The translations under genes and the position numbers were made by a program. From a virus (Duplodnaviria; Caudoviricetes), in IMG/VR virus record IMGVR_UViG_3300048541_000245, positions 1 to 63,682 of that record: a stretch of 63,682 bases of DNA. One strand, given 5' to 3'. The notes beneath the pieces are model-generated. The model had not been told where the DNA came from. It did not search any database and was given only the letters and a program-made list of their open reading frames with translations. Of this stretch, positions 18,588 to 27,109 are shown in pieces. Every line of letters begins with the position of its first letter. Positions within the stretch are counted from its first letter, which is position 1.

Positions 18588-19111
18588 ACAATATGCTTAG
18601 CCTCCTCTTCTTTGCTTACAGGCTCAATCGATTCACGCTGTTCTTCTCTGTCGTAAAGATCTGTCAATTGTTGCACAAGCATTGGGTCGAGTTCCAAGGT
18701 GTCTTGGATACTCCACTCATGATTAATTCTAGTCTGTAACAAGATAGTTGCTGCTGCGATCTGACGGCGCTGCATGGATTCTGCCATTCGCGTGGTCGCA
18801 AAAGATAATTCTTCTGAATAATCACTCGAAATAGCTTGAGCTAACTTAGACTTGTTGTTGCCAGACATAGCCTCAGTAATAGCCATGTATGCTTTCTCTG
18901 GGGTTGTCTTATGAGCTGCTGCTACTTTATTTGCTAAAAGTACTAAAGAAGAAACCCCGTCGGATCCTTGCGTGACATTTTCAACAAAGGATTTTTCTGC
19001 AACAGTCAGGTAGCCTTTGCGTTCAATTTCAAAAACACCAATCTGTTCATCACCAATTTTAATAATTTCGGTATTTTTTTTCGGTTGAATAACAAAAGGT
19101 AAAACTGCCAT
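18557..19111 (-). CDS. Tail assembly chaperone (gpG-like)
   Basis: Ends ...HIVGKSPEESGA*, with in-frame G GGA AAG heptamer. Confidence 0.75.
   Translation of the reverse strand: MAVLPFVIQPKKNTEIIKIGDEQIGVFEIERKGYLTVAEKSFVENVTQGSDGVSSLVLLANKVAAAHKTTPEKAYMAITEAMSGNNKSKLAQAISSDYSEELSFATTRMAESMQRRQIAAATILLQTRINHEWSIQDTLELDPMLVQQLTDLYDREEQRESIEPVSKEEEAKHIVGKSPEESGA
18581..18587 (-). other. Programmed -1 ribosomal frameshift site GGGAAAG
   Basis: Same heptamer as lambda G/GT, in the correct X XXY YYZ phase. Confidence 0.8.
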
Positions 19112-19141
19112 GATCAGCTAACAAGCGGCATAGGTTGCCTA

Positions 19142-19699
19142 TCAAAATTTTACATCAGGTAATTGCTGCTTCATAAATACTTCAAAATTTCGCCTATAGG
19201 TTCCTGTCAGATCAAATTTCTCAACGGGGCCTCCACCAATTAATACAGCCTTGATCCATGGTCTTGGCGGCATGTAGATCTTGACATTTGGATTTCCGTA
19301 TGGATTAATGTAAGCCCCATAGTAAACATAAGCAGCATATTCTTCGGTGTAAATAACTTGAAGACCTTCTGGTGTAACTACAATATTTAGCGAATCCCGC
19401 AGGTCGCCGGTATCAATAATGTCTCCATCGCCAAAATCCCATTGCCAAACAGGCGCTTCCATAGCCAAGCCAAAAGCAATATATAGCTCATTAGCAACAA
19501 TGGCTAGTGCTTTCCCATGCGCGACCTTGGCAGCATCTGGAAATTTAGCAGTAAGCGTTCTGTAGTCAGTAAAGTCTGCTGATGATTTTAACTTAATAAC
19601 ACCTTTGATATTGCCGTTCTCTCTTTCTAAGTCATTCATTGACTTAATTAAATTTTTTAATACTACTGCTCCTTTGGATTTTACTTGCTTTCTCGGCAT
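19142..19699 (-). CDS. Neck/tail-completion protein (HK97 gp10-like)
   Basis: IIDTGDLRDSL...YAAYVYYG...MPPRPWI motif. Confidence 0.7.
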   Translation of the reverse strand: MPRKQVKSKGAVVLKNLIKSMNDLERENGNIKGVIKLKSSADFTDYRTLTAKFPDAAKVAHGKALAIVANELYIAFGLAMEAPVWQWDFGDGDIIDTGDLRDSLNIVVTPEGLQVIYTEEYAAYVYYGAYINPYGNPNVKIYMPPRPWIKAVLIGGGPVEKFDLTGTYRRNFEVFMKQQLPDVKF

Positions 19700-20199
19700 T
19701 AGTTTTGAATATCAGAACCCGTCAGTTGAATCTCGACACCACCGATAGCAGGGTAAATAATTTCATCAATCCCATCACCACCAAACACTCCGCTGGAACG
19801 TTGAACAATGGCTTGCATTGTTGGATCGTTTCCCAGCTTGAACTCAACTTCGCTACCAGGCAGCAGGAAGAGCTCCTGTGCCGTGATGTTTGTGAAGGTA
19901 AGACCACTTAGGTCTCCTAGCCAGTTATAGGCCCCTAGAGGGGCTTTCTGAAGGGCATAGCCTCGATAGTAAAACTGATCGCCGCTGCCACCAGGAAGCA
20001 TCCTTCCTTCTAGTTGTGACGCCAATGGCAATGGCTTAGATCCACTGGTTACGCCGGTGTATTGAATTCTTTTGATATAGCACTTCACGACGTATTCCGT
20101 GCCACCAGACTTAACTGGACGGCCATTAGTAATCGTTACAGTGTTCTGCGTCGTGGCTTTAATCCGCCCGTTAAAATATGCCAGTAACGGACTAGCCAT
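19699..20199 (-). CDS. Probable head closure/head-tail joining protein
   Basis: First gene of the neck-tail operon; late motif at 20218-20227, 19 nt upstream. Confidence 0.5.
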   Translation of the reverse strand: MASPLLAYFNGRIKATTQNTVTITNGRPVKSGGTEYVVKCYIKRIQYTGVTSGSKPLPLASQLEGRMLPGGSGDQFYYRGYALQKAPLGAYNWLGDLSGLTFTNITAQELFLLPGSEVEFKLGNDPTMQAIVQRSSGVFGGDGIDEIIYPAIGGVEIQLTGSDIQN

Positions 20200-20456
20200 G
20201 AACACTAAATGACTAGCTTAGATTTCCGAACATTGGCCATATTTCCTACCTGCTCTCCTTAATTTCTTAATAATTTCTTTAGATTCTTCATTGCTAATTG
20301 ATTTCGCAGCCTTTTCCATTAGTTTTAAAAGTTTCTTCCGCTGCTTAGTCATGCCCACTCGTATTACTGTCCCAAATGGTACCCCAGTATTCCGGTCTGT
20401 CTAGGTATATTGATTATGCGAGCAATCTTCGCATTAGTCCCTTTCTTAAATTTGCA

Positions 20457-20825
20457 ATGATTAAAACCACTCTTGCCTTCGCTGCTGCAGCTGCCTTGGC
20501 ACCTGCTGGTGCAATTGCTGGCCCCTACGCCAATGTGGAAGCCAATTCAGGTTTCTCTGGCTCAAGCTATGCAGGAACCGTGACAGATGTTCATCTAGGT
20601 TACGAAGGTAACATTGGTGAATCTGCTAGCTGGTATGCACAAGGTGGCGCTGGCATCATTACCATCAACAACGGCCCAACTGAAACCGTTCCTACGGGCA
20701 AGGTCGGCCTTGGTGTTAATGCTTCTGAGAACCTCAACCTCTACGGCGAAATCAGCTTTGCCGGCGGTGTTGATGGTGCTGAGACCAGCTACGGAACAAA
20801 AGTCGGTGTTAAGTATTCTTTCTAG
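20457..20825 (+). CDS. Small outer-membrane beta-barrel-like protein with signal peptide (marine picocyanobacterial type)
   Basis: MIKTTLAFAAAAALAPAGAIAGPYANVEANSG...DVHLGYEG...KVGVKYSF (terminal Phe). Confidence 0.72.
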   Translation: MIKTTLAFAAAAALAPAGAIAGPYANVEANSGFSGSSYAGTVTDVHLGYEGNIGESASWYAQGGAGIITINNGPTETVPTGKVGLGVNASENLNLYGEISFAGGVDGAETSYGTKVGVKYSF

Positions 20826-20845
20826 TTTCCACTAGAAAAAAGAAT

Positions 20846-20879
20846 GGGCTAACCAGTTATTCTGGCTAGCCCTTTTTTT
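20846..20879 (+). terminator. Rho-independent terminator (possibly bidirectional)
   Basis: GGGCTAACCAG-TTATT-CTGGCTAGCCC plus T-run. Confidence 0.7.
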
Positions 20880-20988
20880 ATGCCTTGAGTTTTTTCTTAC
20901 TCATTGCTTGCTTGAATCGTACGAACGATAAAGCTTCTTGTTTGTTCTTTTTCTTTAGTTTTTTCTGGATTAACAGGAGTTCAGACAT
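20878..20988 (-). CDS. 36 aa very basic peptide downstream of the DUF4278-like gene
   Basis: MSELLLIQKKLKKKNKQEALSFVRFKQAMSKKKLKA*, overlapping the upstream stop. Confidence 0.5.
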   Translation of the reverse strand: MSELLLIQKKLKKKNKQEALSFVRFKQAMSKKKLKA

Positions 20989-21133
20989 TATTTTGTCCCT
21001 CCCATTTGTATGTAACACCTCGATACTTAAAGTTATCAAGATGTTTTTGCTCTAAAGACATCTTCCAGTCTTTAGATTTTTCCATGACATTTTTGGTGTC
21101 ATATTTGACACCTCTGTATGTTGCGATAGACAT
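20981..21133 (-). CDS. DUF4278-like small protein (two YRGVxY motifs)
   Basis: MSIATYRGVKYDT...FKYRGVTYKWEGQNNV*; GGAG RBS; downstream of the glutamine-riboswitch-like RNA. Confidence 0.78.
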   Translation of the reverse strand: MSIATYRGVKYDTKNVMEKSKDWKMSLEQKHLDNFKYRGVTYKWEGQNNV

Positions 21134-21173
21134 GATGAAAGCTCCGCTTGCAGTGAATTTTACACTAAAAGCG

Positions 21174-21397
21174 CGTTCCTTCAGTCAACGTGTGCGTTCC
21201 AGTCGCAATCTGATGCGTTCTTCAGTTCCGTGACAATTTCCTCTTTTACAAGGTCAGTTAGATCTGGATGGATCCATACACGGTAAATAACATCTTTAGC
21301 CTGCGAACAGGTGATGCTAGATGCAATCAGGAATTCCAACATGGAATGAACGGTCCGTTCCGCGTTGTCTTACTTCCGCCTCCGAAGGAGGTGAACG
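21174..21397 (-). ncRNA. Tandem glutamine riboswitch-like RNA (glnA / Downstream-peptide class)
   Basis: Unit 1 CGTTCA-CCTCCTTCGGAGG-CGGAAGTAAG...GGAACG (21397-21356); unit 2 CGTTCA-TTCCA...TGGAA-CGCAC...GACTGAAGGAACG (21352-21174). Confidence 0.78.
21181..21342 (-). CDS. 53 aa ORF nested in the second riboswitch unit
   Basis: MLEFLIASSITCSQAKDVIYRVWIHPDLTDLVKEEIVTELKNASDCDWNAHVD*. Confidence 0.6.
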   Translation of the reverse strand: MLEFLIASSITCSQAKDVIYRVWIHPDLTDLVKEEIVTELKNASDCDWNAHVD

Positions 21398-21401
21398 TAC
21401 C

Positions 21402-21411
21402 TTAGTCTACC
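21402..21411 (-). promoter_or_regulatory. Late-type promoter element GGTAGACTAA driving the riboswitch transcript
   Basis: Ends 5 nt before the riboswitch 5' end. Confidence 0.65.
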
Positions 21412-21558
21412 CTATGTCCCGCCTTCATGCTGCATGATTTCTTTCATAGCCTCTTGTAAGGTTTCAGCAAAGCCTTCGATGTTATGTCCTGCACCGTAGT
21501 CAACCAGCCAATAATAATGATTGGCATGCTTAACAATCTCAATCCTTACTGTTGTCAT
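21412..21558 (-). CDS. Hypothetical protein (48 aa)
   Basis: MTTVRIEIVKHANHYYWLVDYG...HEGGT*, manual translation. Confidence 0.5.
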   Translation of the reverse strand: MTTVRIEIVKHANHYYWLVDYGAGHNIEGFAETLQEAMKEIMQHEGGT

Positions 21559-21629
21559 CTTGAAGGCTGATAAAAAAGATGGCGTTCAATATCAATATAC
21601 TCATGGCCAGTAAGATTGGATTCATTGTC

Positions 21630-21758
21630 TTACTTTTGCTCTTGTTTATACTTATTGACGCCTTTTTTCTTTAAGTGTTTCTCTGAGTTATATTCTGTGA
21701 CAAGAGTCATCCCAGACTTGATGAAGTCTTTGCTCTTATCGACTGGTGAATTACCCAT
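21630..21758 (-). CDS. Small cyanophage-type hypothetical protein (42 aa)
   Basis: MGNSPVDKSKDFIKSGMTLVTE... Confidence 0.55.
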   Translation of the reverse strand: MGNSPVDKSKDFIKSGMTLVTEYNSEKHLKKKGVNKYKQEQK

Positions 21759-21760
21759 TT

Positions 21761-21829
21761 CTACTTCTTTGTACCTTTTTTAGGTGGACGACCTTTCTTT
21801 GTACCGTATGTTCCTTTACCTTGTGGCAT
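21761..21829 (-). CDS. 22 aa basic peptide MPQGKGTYGTKKGRPPKKGTKK (AT-hook-like KGRPPK)
   Basis: Coupled to hli by a TAATG overlap. Confidence 0.55.
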   Translation of the reverse strand: MPQGKGTYGTKKGRPPKKGTKK

Positions 21830-21933
21830 TAGAAGACTCCAGGAATGATTTGACCTGTTACGGCATAGGCTCCCAATGCAGCAACGATACCAAGCATCGC
21901 TAGGCGACCGTTTAGCTTTTCCGCATTTTCCAT
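21829..21933 (-). CDS. hli: High-light-inducible protein
   Basis: MENAEKLNGRLAMLGIVAALGAYAVTGQIIPGVF*: AExxNGRxAMxG and TGQIIPGxF motifs. Confidence 0.95.
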   Translation of the reverse strand: MENAEKLNGRLAMLGIVAALGAYAVTGQIIPGVF

Positions 21934-21964
21934 CTTGAGTGAAATCAAATCTTGCTATTTTGCC

Positions 21965-21993
21965 AAAAAAAAAGACCCTTTTTAGGGGGTCTT
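21965..21993 (-). terminator. Rho-independent terminator
   Basis: AAAGACCC...GGGTCTTT hairpin plus T-run. Confidence 0.75.
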
Positions 21994-22020
21994 TAGTCTC
22001 TTCCTTCTTGAAGATAACGA

Positions 22021-22323
22021 CTATTCCGGGTCCGTCAACCCTGGACTTAACTCTTCTGGTGACATCGACGGCTCAAACGGGTCTCTCGTTTGGTTTTTGA
22101 TCACAATGAACGCATCTTTGTTGTATTTTCGTACACCATAAGGTGTAGCCCATTTTTTGTTGTAATCATCACCTTGATGAATACCAGAAATGACTGTTCC
22201 GCCAATCTCAACAACAATATGATCGCTTGATTCCCAGCCAAGATCTTCTGCTATACGATTGACTTTTTCTACTATGGTAGGTTCGCTCAAAACTCGTTCA
22301 TCAGGATCAATTTTACTGAGCAT
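22021..22323 (-). CDS. Cyanophage-type hypothetical protein
   Basis: VEIGGT..SGI...KWATPYGVRKYNKDAFIVIKN. Confidence 0.65.
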   Translation of the reverse strand: MLSKIDPDERVLSEPTIVEKVNRIAEDLGWESSDHIVVEIGGTVISGIHQGDDYNKKWATPYGVRKYNKDAFIVIKNQTRDPFEPSMSPEELSPGLTDPE

Positions 22324-22363
22324 AACGTCTTAAACCTAGGTGCTTACAGCTTAAACATACCAA

Positions 22364-22394
22364 TAAAAAACCCCTCACGCAAGGCAAGGGGCTT
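22364..22394 (-). terminator. Rho-independent terminator after psbA
   Basis: CCCCT...AGGGG stem plus T-run. Confidence 0.75.
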
Positions 22395-22416
22395 AAGATT
22401 ATTGATTGATCTTAGA

Positions 22417-23496
22417 TCAACCGATTGCCGGCGCAACTAAAGCAACTGGCTTGGATTCAACTGATGCAAGGTCTAAAGGGAAGTTATGAGCATTACGCTC
22501 ATGCATTACCTCCATACCTAAACCAGCACGATTCAAGACATCAGCCCATGTATTAATTACATGAGATTGATTATCAGTAATCGATTGGTTGAAGTTAAAA
22601 CCATTCAGGTTGAAAGCCATGGTAGATACACCAAGAGCAGTAAACCAGATACCAACAACAGGCCAAGCTGCCAAAAAGAAGTGGAGACTACGGCTGTTAT
22701 TAAAAGAAGCGTACTGGAAAATAAGACGGCCAAAATAACCATGAGCTGCAACAATGTTGTAAGTCTCTTCTTCCTGACCAAACTTATAACCATAACTTTG
22801 GCTTACTTCCTCAGTTGTCTCTCTAACAAGGCTGCTTGTGACCAAGCTTCCATGCATAGCAGAAAAAAGAGCGCCGCCGAATACACCAGCCACACCCAAC
22901 ATATGGAACGGATGCATGAGAATATTATGCTCAGCCTGGAAGACGAGCATGTAATTGAACGTTCCACTGATTCCCAAAGGCATTCCGTCAGAGAAGGAAC
23001 CTTGACCGAAGGGATAAACCAAGAATACAGCAGTTGCAGCAGCAACGGGAGCACTGTAAGCAACAAAAATCCAAGGGCGCATACCCAAACGATAAGAGAG
23101 CTCCCATTCACGCCCCATATAGGCAAAAACACCAATAAGGAAGTGAAAAACAACCAGTTGATAAGGACCGCCGTTATACAACCACTCATCTAGACTTGCG
23201 GACTCCCAAATAGGATACAAATGTAACCCAATAGCATTGCTAGAGGGAACAACAGCACCAGAAATAATATTGTTGCCGTATAGTAGTGAACCAGCAACAG
23301 GTTCCCGGATTCCATCAATATCAACTGGTGGGGCAGCAATAAATGCAATAATAAAGCATGTAGTAGCAGCTAACAAGCAAGGAATCATTAAGACACCAAA
23401 CCAACCAACATAAAGACGGTTGTTTGTACTGGTAACCCAGTCGCAAAATGATTGCCATGACTTGCTTTCTTGCCGCTGGGCAATAGTCGCAGACAT
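22417..23496 (-). CDS. psbA: Photosystem II D1 protein (E130 form)
   Basis: [54 protein letters not shown]; intronless. Confidence 0.99.
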   Translation of the reverse strand: MSATIAQRQESKSWQSFCDWVTSTNNRLYVGWFGVLMIPCLLAATTCFIIAFIAAPPVDIDGIREPVAGSLLYGNNIISGAVVPSSNAIGLHLYPIWESASLDEWLYNGGPYQLVVFHFLIGVFAYMGREWELSYRLGMRPWIFVAYSAPVAAATAVFLVYPFGQGSFSDGMPLGISGTFNYMLVFQAEHNILMHPFHMLGVAGVFGGALFSAMHGSLVTSSLVRETTEEVSQSYGYKFGQEEETYNIVAAHGYFGRLIFQYASFNNSRSLHFFLAAWPVVGIWFTALGVSTMAFNLNGFNFNQSITDNQSHVINTWADVLNRAGLGMEVMHERNAHNFPLDLASVESKPVALVAPAIG

Positions 23497-23562
23497 AATT
23501 AACCAAGGTAAAGATAAGCCGCCAAAAAGACAGCTCTAACAGGCTACCAGCACACTTAACCT

Positions 23563-23751
23563 TTAATTAATATTATTTTGGTATTGATTTTCTAACAATA
23601 TCTTATAAAATCCATTCTTTAGCTTAAATAAATGCTCCTGCTCCATTGCATCCCCACCAGGCCACCTCTCTAACATCTCATTAATAGCCTTATACGCTAG
23701 CCTCACGGAATCAATGTCTAATTCAATACCATAACGTATCTCCTCCATCAC
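23563..23751 (-). CDS. Cyanophage-type hypothetical protein (WPGG..EQE motif)
   Basis: LERWPGGDAMEQEHL. Confidence 0.6.
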   Translation of the reverse strand: MMEEIRYGIELDIDSVRLAYKAINEMLERWPGGDAMEQEHLFKLKNGFYKILLENQYQNNIN

Positions 23752-23917
23752 CTACACTCCTTACAACTATTGATCTCACCATTTAAATACGGTGCATAAA
23801 CAGCATTCATCTTCCGAAATGCTTCACATCCATTACACCATATATCTACTACCTCCTGCTTCTCCACCCATTCAATTAATTCATTCGTCTCCTTATCATT
23901 CTCAGGATGTACAGGCA

Positions 23918-24319
23918 TCAGGATCTGTATAACGCTGTACCTTGACTACCTAAAACTCCACCAACAACCGGGCAAAATGCAAAAATATTAATTAAATCCT
24001 TCACATTTCTTCTCTTTTCGGTAACAATTGCCTCATATCTTCCACCCTTATCCGTCTCCCACTCCAATACATCGGCCTTAACTAACGTCTTTCCTCCATT
24101 ATCACTTACATTAAACGTCTTCTCCACCGTTACCGCACTGTCATAATCACTTAATAACCCCCTAACAGTACTGACTAACGTCGTACTCATTACACCCAAC
24201 TCATTCGCACATACAGTTACCTCATTAATCGTATATTCACTTACCCCAATACCACAAGCAATTAATATCCTCTCCACATCGCCGGCAACCCATCCTAATC
24301 CTGTGTTTAAAGTTGCCAT
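23918..24319 (-). CDS. Probable virion protein (head-tail adaptor candidate)
   Basis: LVKADVLEW motif; late motif GGAAGGATAG 20 nt upstream (24339-24348). Confidence 0.5.
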   Translation of the reverse strand: MATLNTGLGWVAGDVERILIACGIGVSEYTINEVTVCANELGVMSTTLVSTVRGLLSDYDSAVTVEKTFNVSDNGGKTLVKADVLEWETDKGGRYEAIVTEKRRNVKDLINIFAFCPVVGGVLGSQGTALYRS

Positions 24320-24762
24320 CAGTACAGTATCCCTCCCTCTATCCTTCCAACCTCTTACCCCTCTCCCCCTTTAATCCTTAATCTCTCCAGCCCAATAATA
24401 ACACCCACAAATAATACAAACATTAACCCACTACATACATAAATAGTCATCTTCTCATCCCCTAATATCATATACTACCCCTTATAATAGTAATAATTAC
24501 CCATTATTTATGAACTCTAACATTAATAACTCTCCCCTGCCTCCTCATCTCCTCCTAACTCTATCCCTCCTCCTCTCTACATCCTCCTCTCATCAAATTG
24601 CCTCTAATCAACTCCTGTCCTCCATGTACACTACCCTTGACTTTGATGTCGCTAAAAAATCTCTACTCCGCCTCCTACCCCTCCTATCACCCAAACAACG
24701 GGATTGGTTAAAAAACTTGTTTTAGATTTTATCTCAGAAAATTTGAGGGGGCTACTTGGCCT

Positions 24763-24806
24763 AGTACATTTGTACTATCGGGGTGGGGGGGTAGTACAGG
24801 CGTACT
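24763..24806. promoter_or_regulatory. Two cyanobacterial LexA-box matches flanking a G-run
   Basis: AGTACATTTGTACT (24763-24776) and AGTACAGGCGTACT (24793-24806) fit RGTACNNNDGTWCB. Confidence 0.7.
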
Positions 24807-24839
24807 ATTTGTATTAGTTTATACTTTGCAATCGCAATC

Positions 24840-25085
24840 CTTTGTTATTAGTATTAAATAGCAATGTGTTATGTGTTATTATTACATAGCAAGTTGTTAT
24901 GTATTAGTAATAGATAGCAATCGCCTAAGTATTAACAATAAATAATAAATAATAAAATATTATTTATAAATAGTAATGTGTTATGTATTATTAATAAATA
25001 AAAATATGTTATGTATTAATAATAGATAGCAATATGTTATGTATTATTATTACATAACAACATATGGCCTTAAATGTTATTAGTA
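24840..25085. repeat. AT-rich imperfect repeats TGTTATGTATTA and AATAGATAGCAAT
   Basis: About five copies of TGTTATGT(A/G)TTA and two of AATAGATAGCAAT. Confidence 0.75.
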
Positions 25086-25103
25086 ACAATCCGCAATATA
25101 TCA

Positions 25104-25132
25104 TTGACAGGGTAGGATCTGGGCTGTATATT
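25104..25132 (+). promoter_or_regulatory. Strong sigma70-type early promoter
   Basis: TTGACA-17 nt-TATATT. Confidence 0.85.
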
Positions 25133-25157
25133 GTGAGAGTTCTAAGGGATCAATCCC

Positions 25158-25358
25158 ATGACACTAAGTAACATTCCACTGACCAAAGATCCAACTTGGC
25201 AGCTGTATCGAACCCTCTCAGATTTGGCCGACAAAGAATCAATTTTGCGCAACAATCACCCGGTCGATAGTGTTAACTGGCACGCACAAAACGCACGTCA
25301 AGAAGCATACCAAACCGCCGCAATTTTGGCTCTCAAAAGTATTAAATTAGCGTGCTGA
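25158..25358 (+). CDS. Early hypothetical protein
   Basis: First ORF after the sigma70 promoter. Confidence 0.65.
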   Translation: MTLSNIPLTKDPTWQLYRTLSDLADKESILRNNHPVDSVNWHAQNARQEAYQTAAILALKSIKLAC

Positions 25359-25505
25359 TTCCTATCCTCTCAGGTGATCAGCAAATACCAGTAATTGGCC
25401 CTTTGTTGCTGTTATTAATGCTCCCAATTATCGGCGTTCTCGCTGTTACTTTGCCAGCCTATCTCTTGTTCCTTTCTTTTAAACAACTTTACAAAATCCT
25501 TAAAA

Positions 25506-26222
25506 ATGAACACAACAAACACCAGAAAATCAAAGCTCAAAGGTTACATCTTGCAGCGCTTAGAAAGTCCCATCGACGGGAACAAATGCGTAGTAATTAT
25601 GACAATGTCTAGCGCAAATAGAAAAACCGGTAACACTTGCCAGGTGTGGATTCTGCGAGAAGATATCAACCCAGTCGAAGCAATTGCGACCGGTGATGAT
25701 TACTCAATCTGTGGAAATTGTCCCCATAGAAAAGATTTAACGACCGGCAATCGTTCCTGTTATGTTAATGTCGGGCAAGCACCATTAGCAGTTTGGAGAG
25801 CATATAAGGCGGGCAAATATGGTCAGCTGAGTGATCTTAACCCGGAAGATTTACGCGGCCGCGTGATACGTTGGGGAGCATATGGTGATCCTTCGATTAT
25901 ATCGCCGGCACTGTTTCAAACTATTAACGAGCACGCCGAATCTCACACGGGTTACACTCACCAATGGCGCGAAGAGTTTGCATCACCTTTTAAGGGTTAT
26001 TTTATGGCCTCCGTTGATACTTTCGCGGATTATCTTGACGCCTCAGCGCATGGCTGGAAATGCTTTAATGTTGTGCCCAAAAATGTTATCGGCCAGGGTA
26101 AAGTTTGCCCTGCAACTGTTAACAACTCTCAGGCGCAATGTATAACCTGTCGGCTGTGTGATGGCGCAAAAAATGATATTTTTGTCGTCGCGCATGGTGC
26201 CGGAAGCAAACATATTTCATAA
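25506..26222 (+). CDS. Cys-rich gp88-like (radical-SAM-like) early protein
   Basis: SANRKTG, CGNCP..CY, RWGAYGDP, GYTHQW, CPA...CITCRLC motifs. Confidence 0.55.
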   Translation: MNTTNTRKSKLKGYILQRLESPIDGNKCVVIMTMSSANRKTGNTCQVWILREDINPVEAIATGDDYSICGNCPHRKDLTTGNRSCYVNVGQAPLAVWRAYKAGKYGQLSDLNPEDLRGRVIRWGAYGDPSIISPALFQTINEHAESHTGYTHQWREEFASPFKGYFMASVDTFADYLDASAHGWKCFNVVPKNVIGQGKVCPATVNNSQAQCITCRLCDGAKNDIFVVAHGAGSKHIS

Positions 26223-26287
26223 TGTTACAAGGGCCGCTGGTCGGCCCCAAATCTTCTATACTTAAGAAGTCCAAAGGGATCCATCCC

Positions 26288-26428
26288 ATGATTCACAACA
26301 CCGACGAACTTCTCTCTTTTGAATTATATTCAGAAGACGAATTAGAAGAGCTCCAGCAACAGTCAGAGGATCAAGATTTCGCCGATTCTGTTCCAACGTT
26401 CGCAGAATTGAATTCTTCGCTATCATGA
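26288..26428 (+). CDS. Acidic early peptide
   Basis: ATG 26288 has the same AAGGGATCMATCCCATG leader as 25158; SEDELEELQQQSEDQDFADS. Confidence 0.55.
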   Translation: MIHNTDELLSFELYSEDELEELQQQSEDQDFADSVPTFAELNSSLS

Positions 26429-26471
26429 TCGGCCCAATCTTACCCGGCGAAAATCTCACTCAGCTCAGAAA

Positions 26472-26690
26472 ATGGCGCTCCAATCTAACACCGAATCCAA
26501 CACAATGTCCCGAATTGTTTTTAACGAACCCTACGAATCTGAAGGCCTTATGTCTCAGGAAATCCGGGATGATGCCCACCGATTGTTTTCAATTATGCAG
26601 CATGAAGATCTAGTTAATCTATTTTCAACCTATCTCAGTTCTTACCTGTTGGCTGAACTAATCGACGACAAACTTATGGGCAGAGTGTAA
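26472..26690 (+). CDS. Early hypothetical protein (likely start 26505)
   Basis: ORF in the early cluster. Confidence 0.55.
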   Translation: MALQSNTESNTMSRIVFNEPYESEGLMSQEIRDDAHRLFSIMQHEDLVNLFSTYLSSYLLAELIDDKLMGRV

Positions 26691-26827
26691 TGAACAACGA
26701 AGAGTTTGTATCATTTTTGTTCGATAAATTAGTTTCACACGTTGAGACTGACATGATCGATCTTCATGATGACGACACCGCCGGAATTGATGCCCTTATG
26801 TTTCAACAGTTGGAGATTGATTTTTAA
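26690..26827 (+). CDS. Acidic early peptide (45 aa)
   Basis: MNNEEFVSFLFDKLVSHVETDMIDLHDDD...; TAATG coupling on both sides. Confidence 0.6.
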   Translation: MNNEEFVSFLFDKLVSHVETDMIDLHDDDTAGIDALMFQQLEIDF

Positions 26828-27045
26828 TGACGACCGCAATTTTTCACGTCGACAATGAATACAAAGATCAGGCAACATCTGCCGGCTTCGATGTTAATCA
26901 GTCCAGTGATTATGAGCCCAATTGTTTCAAAGTTACAATCAAAAATGTCGACCTTAACGCTCTAAAAGTTTTCACAGATTGGGGCGATTTAGCTTCACAT
27001 TATGGCCTGATGTATGAGTCAATTATTTATACTGAGATCGAATAA
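26827..27045 (+). CDS. Early hypothetical protein
   Basis: Last ORF before the terminator. Confidence 0.6.
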   Translation: MTTAIFHVDNEYKDQATSAGFDVNQSSDYEPNCFKVTIKNVDLNALKVFTDWGDLASHYGLMYESIIYTEIE

Positions 27046-27071
27046 GTTCAAAAAACTAAATAACATTTAAC

Positions 27072-27098
27072 GGGGCCAATTAGGCCCCATTTTTTTTT
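27072..27098 (+). terminator. Rho-independent terminator ending the early module
   Basis: GGGGCC-AATTA-GGCCCC followed by A and a T-run. Confidence 0.88.
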
Positions 27099-27109
27099 AC
27101 TTAGTAAGT

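Noticed and set aside
22561-23193. 210 aa plus-strand ORF
   Set aside because: Antisense shadow of psbA
24510-24725. 71 aa L/S/P-rich ORF
   Set aside because: Composition follows the pyrimidine-rich, G-poor tract; coding status unsupported
24811-24824. NtcA box GTA-N8-TAC
   Set aside because: A single hit in very AT-rich repeats with no correctly spaced -10; compatible with chance
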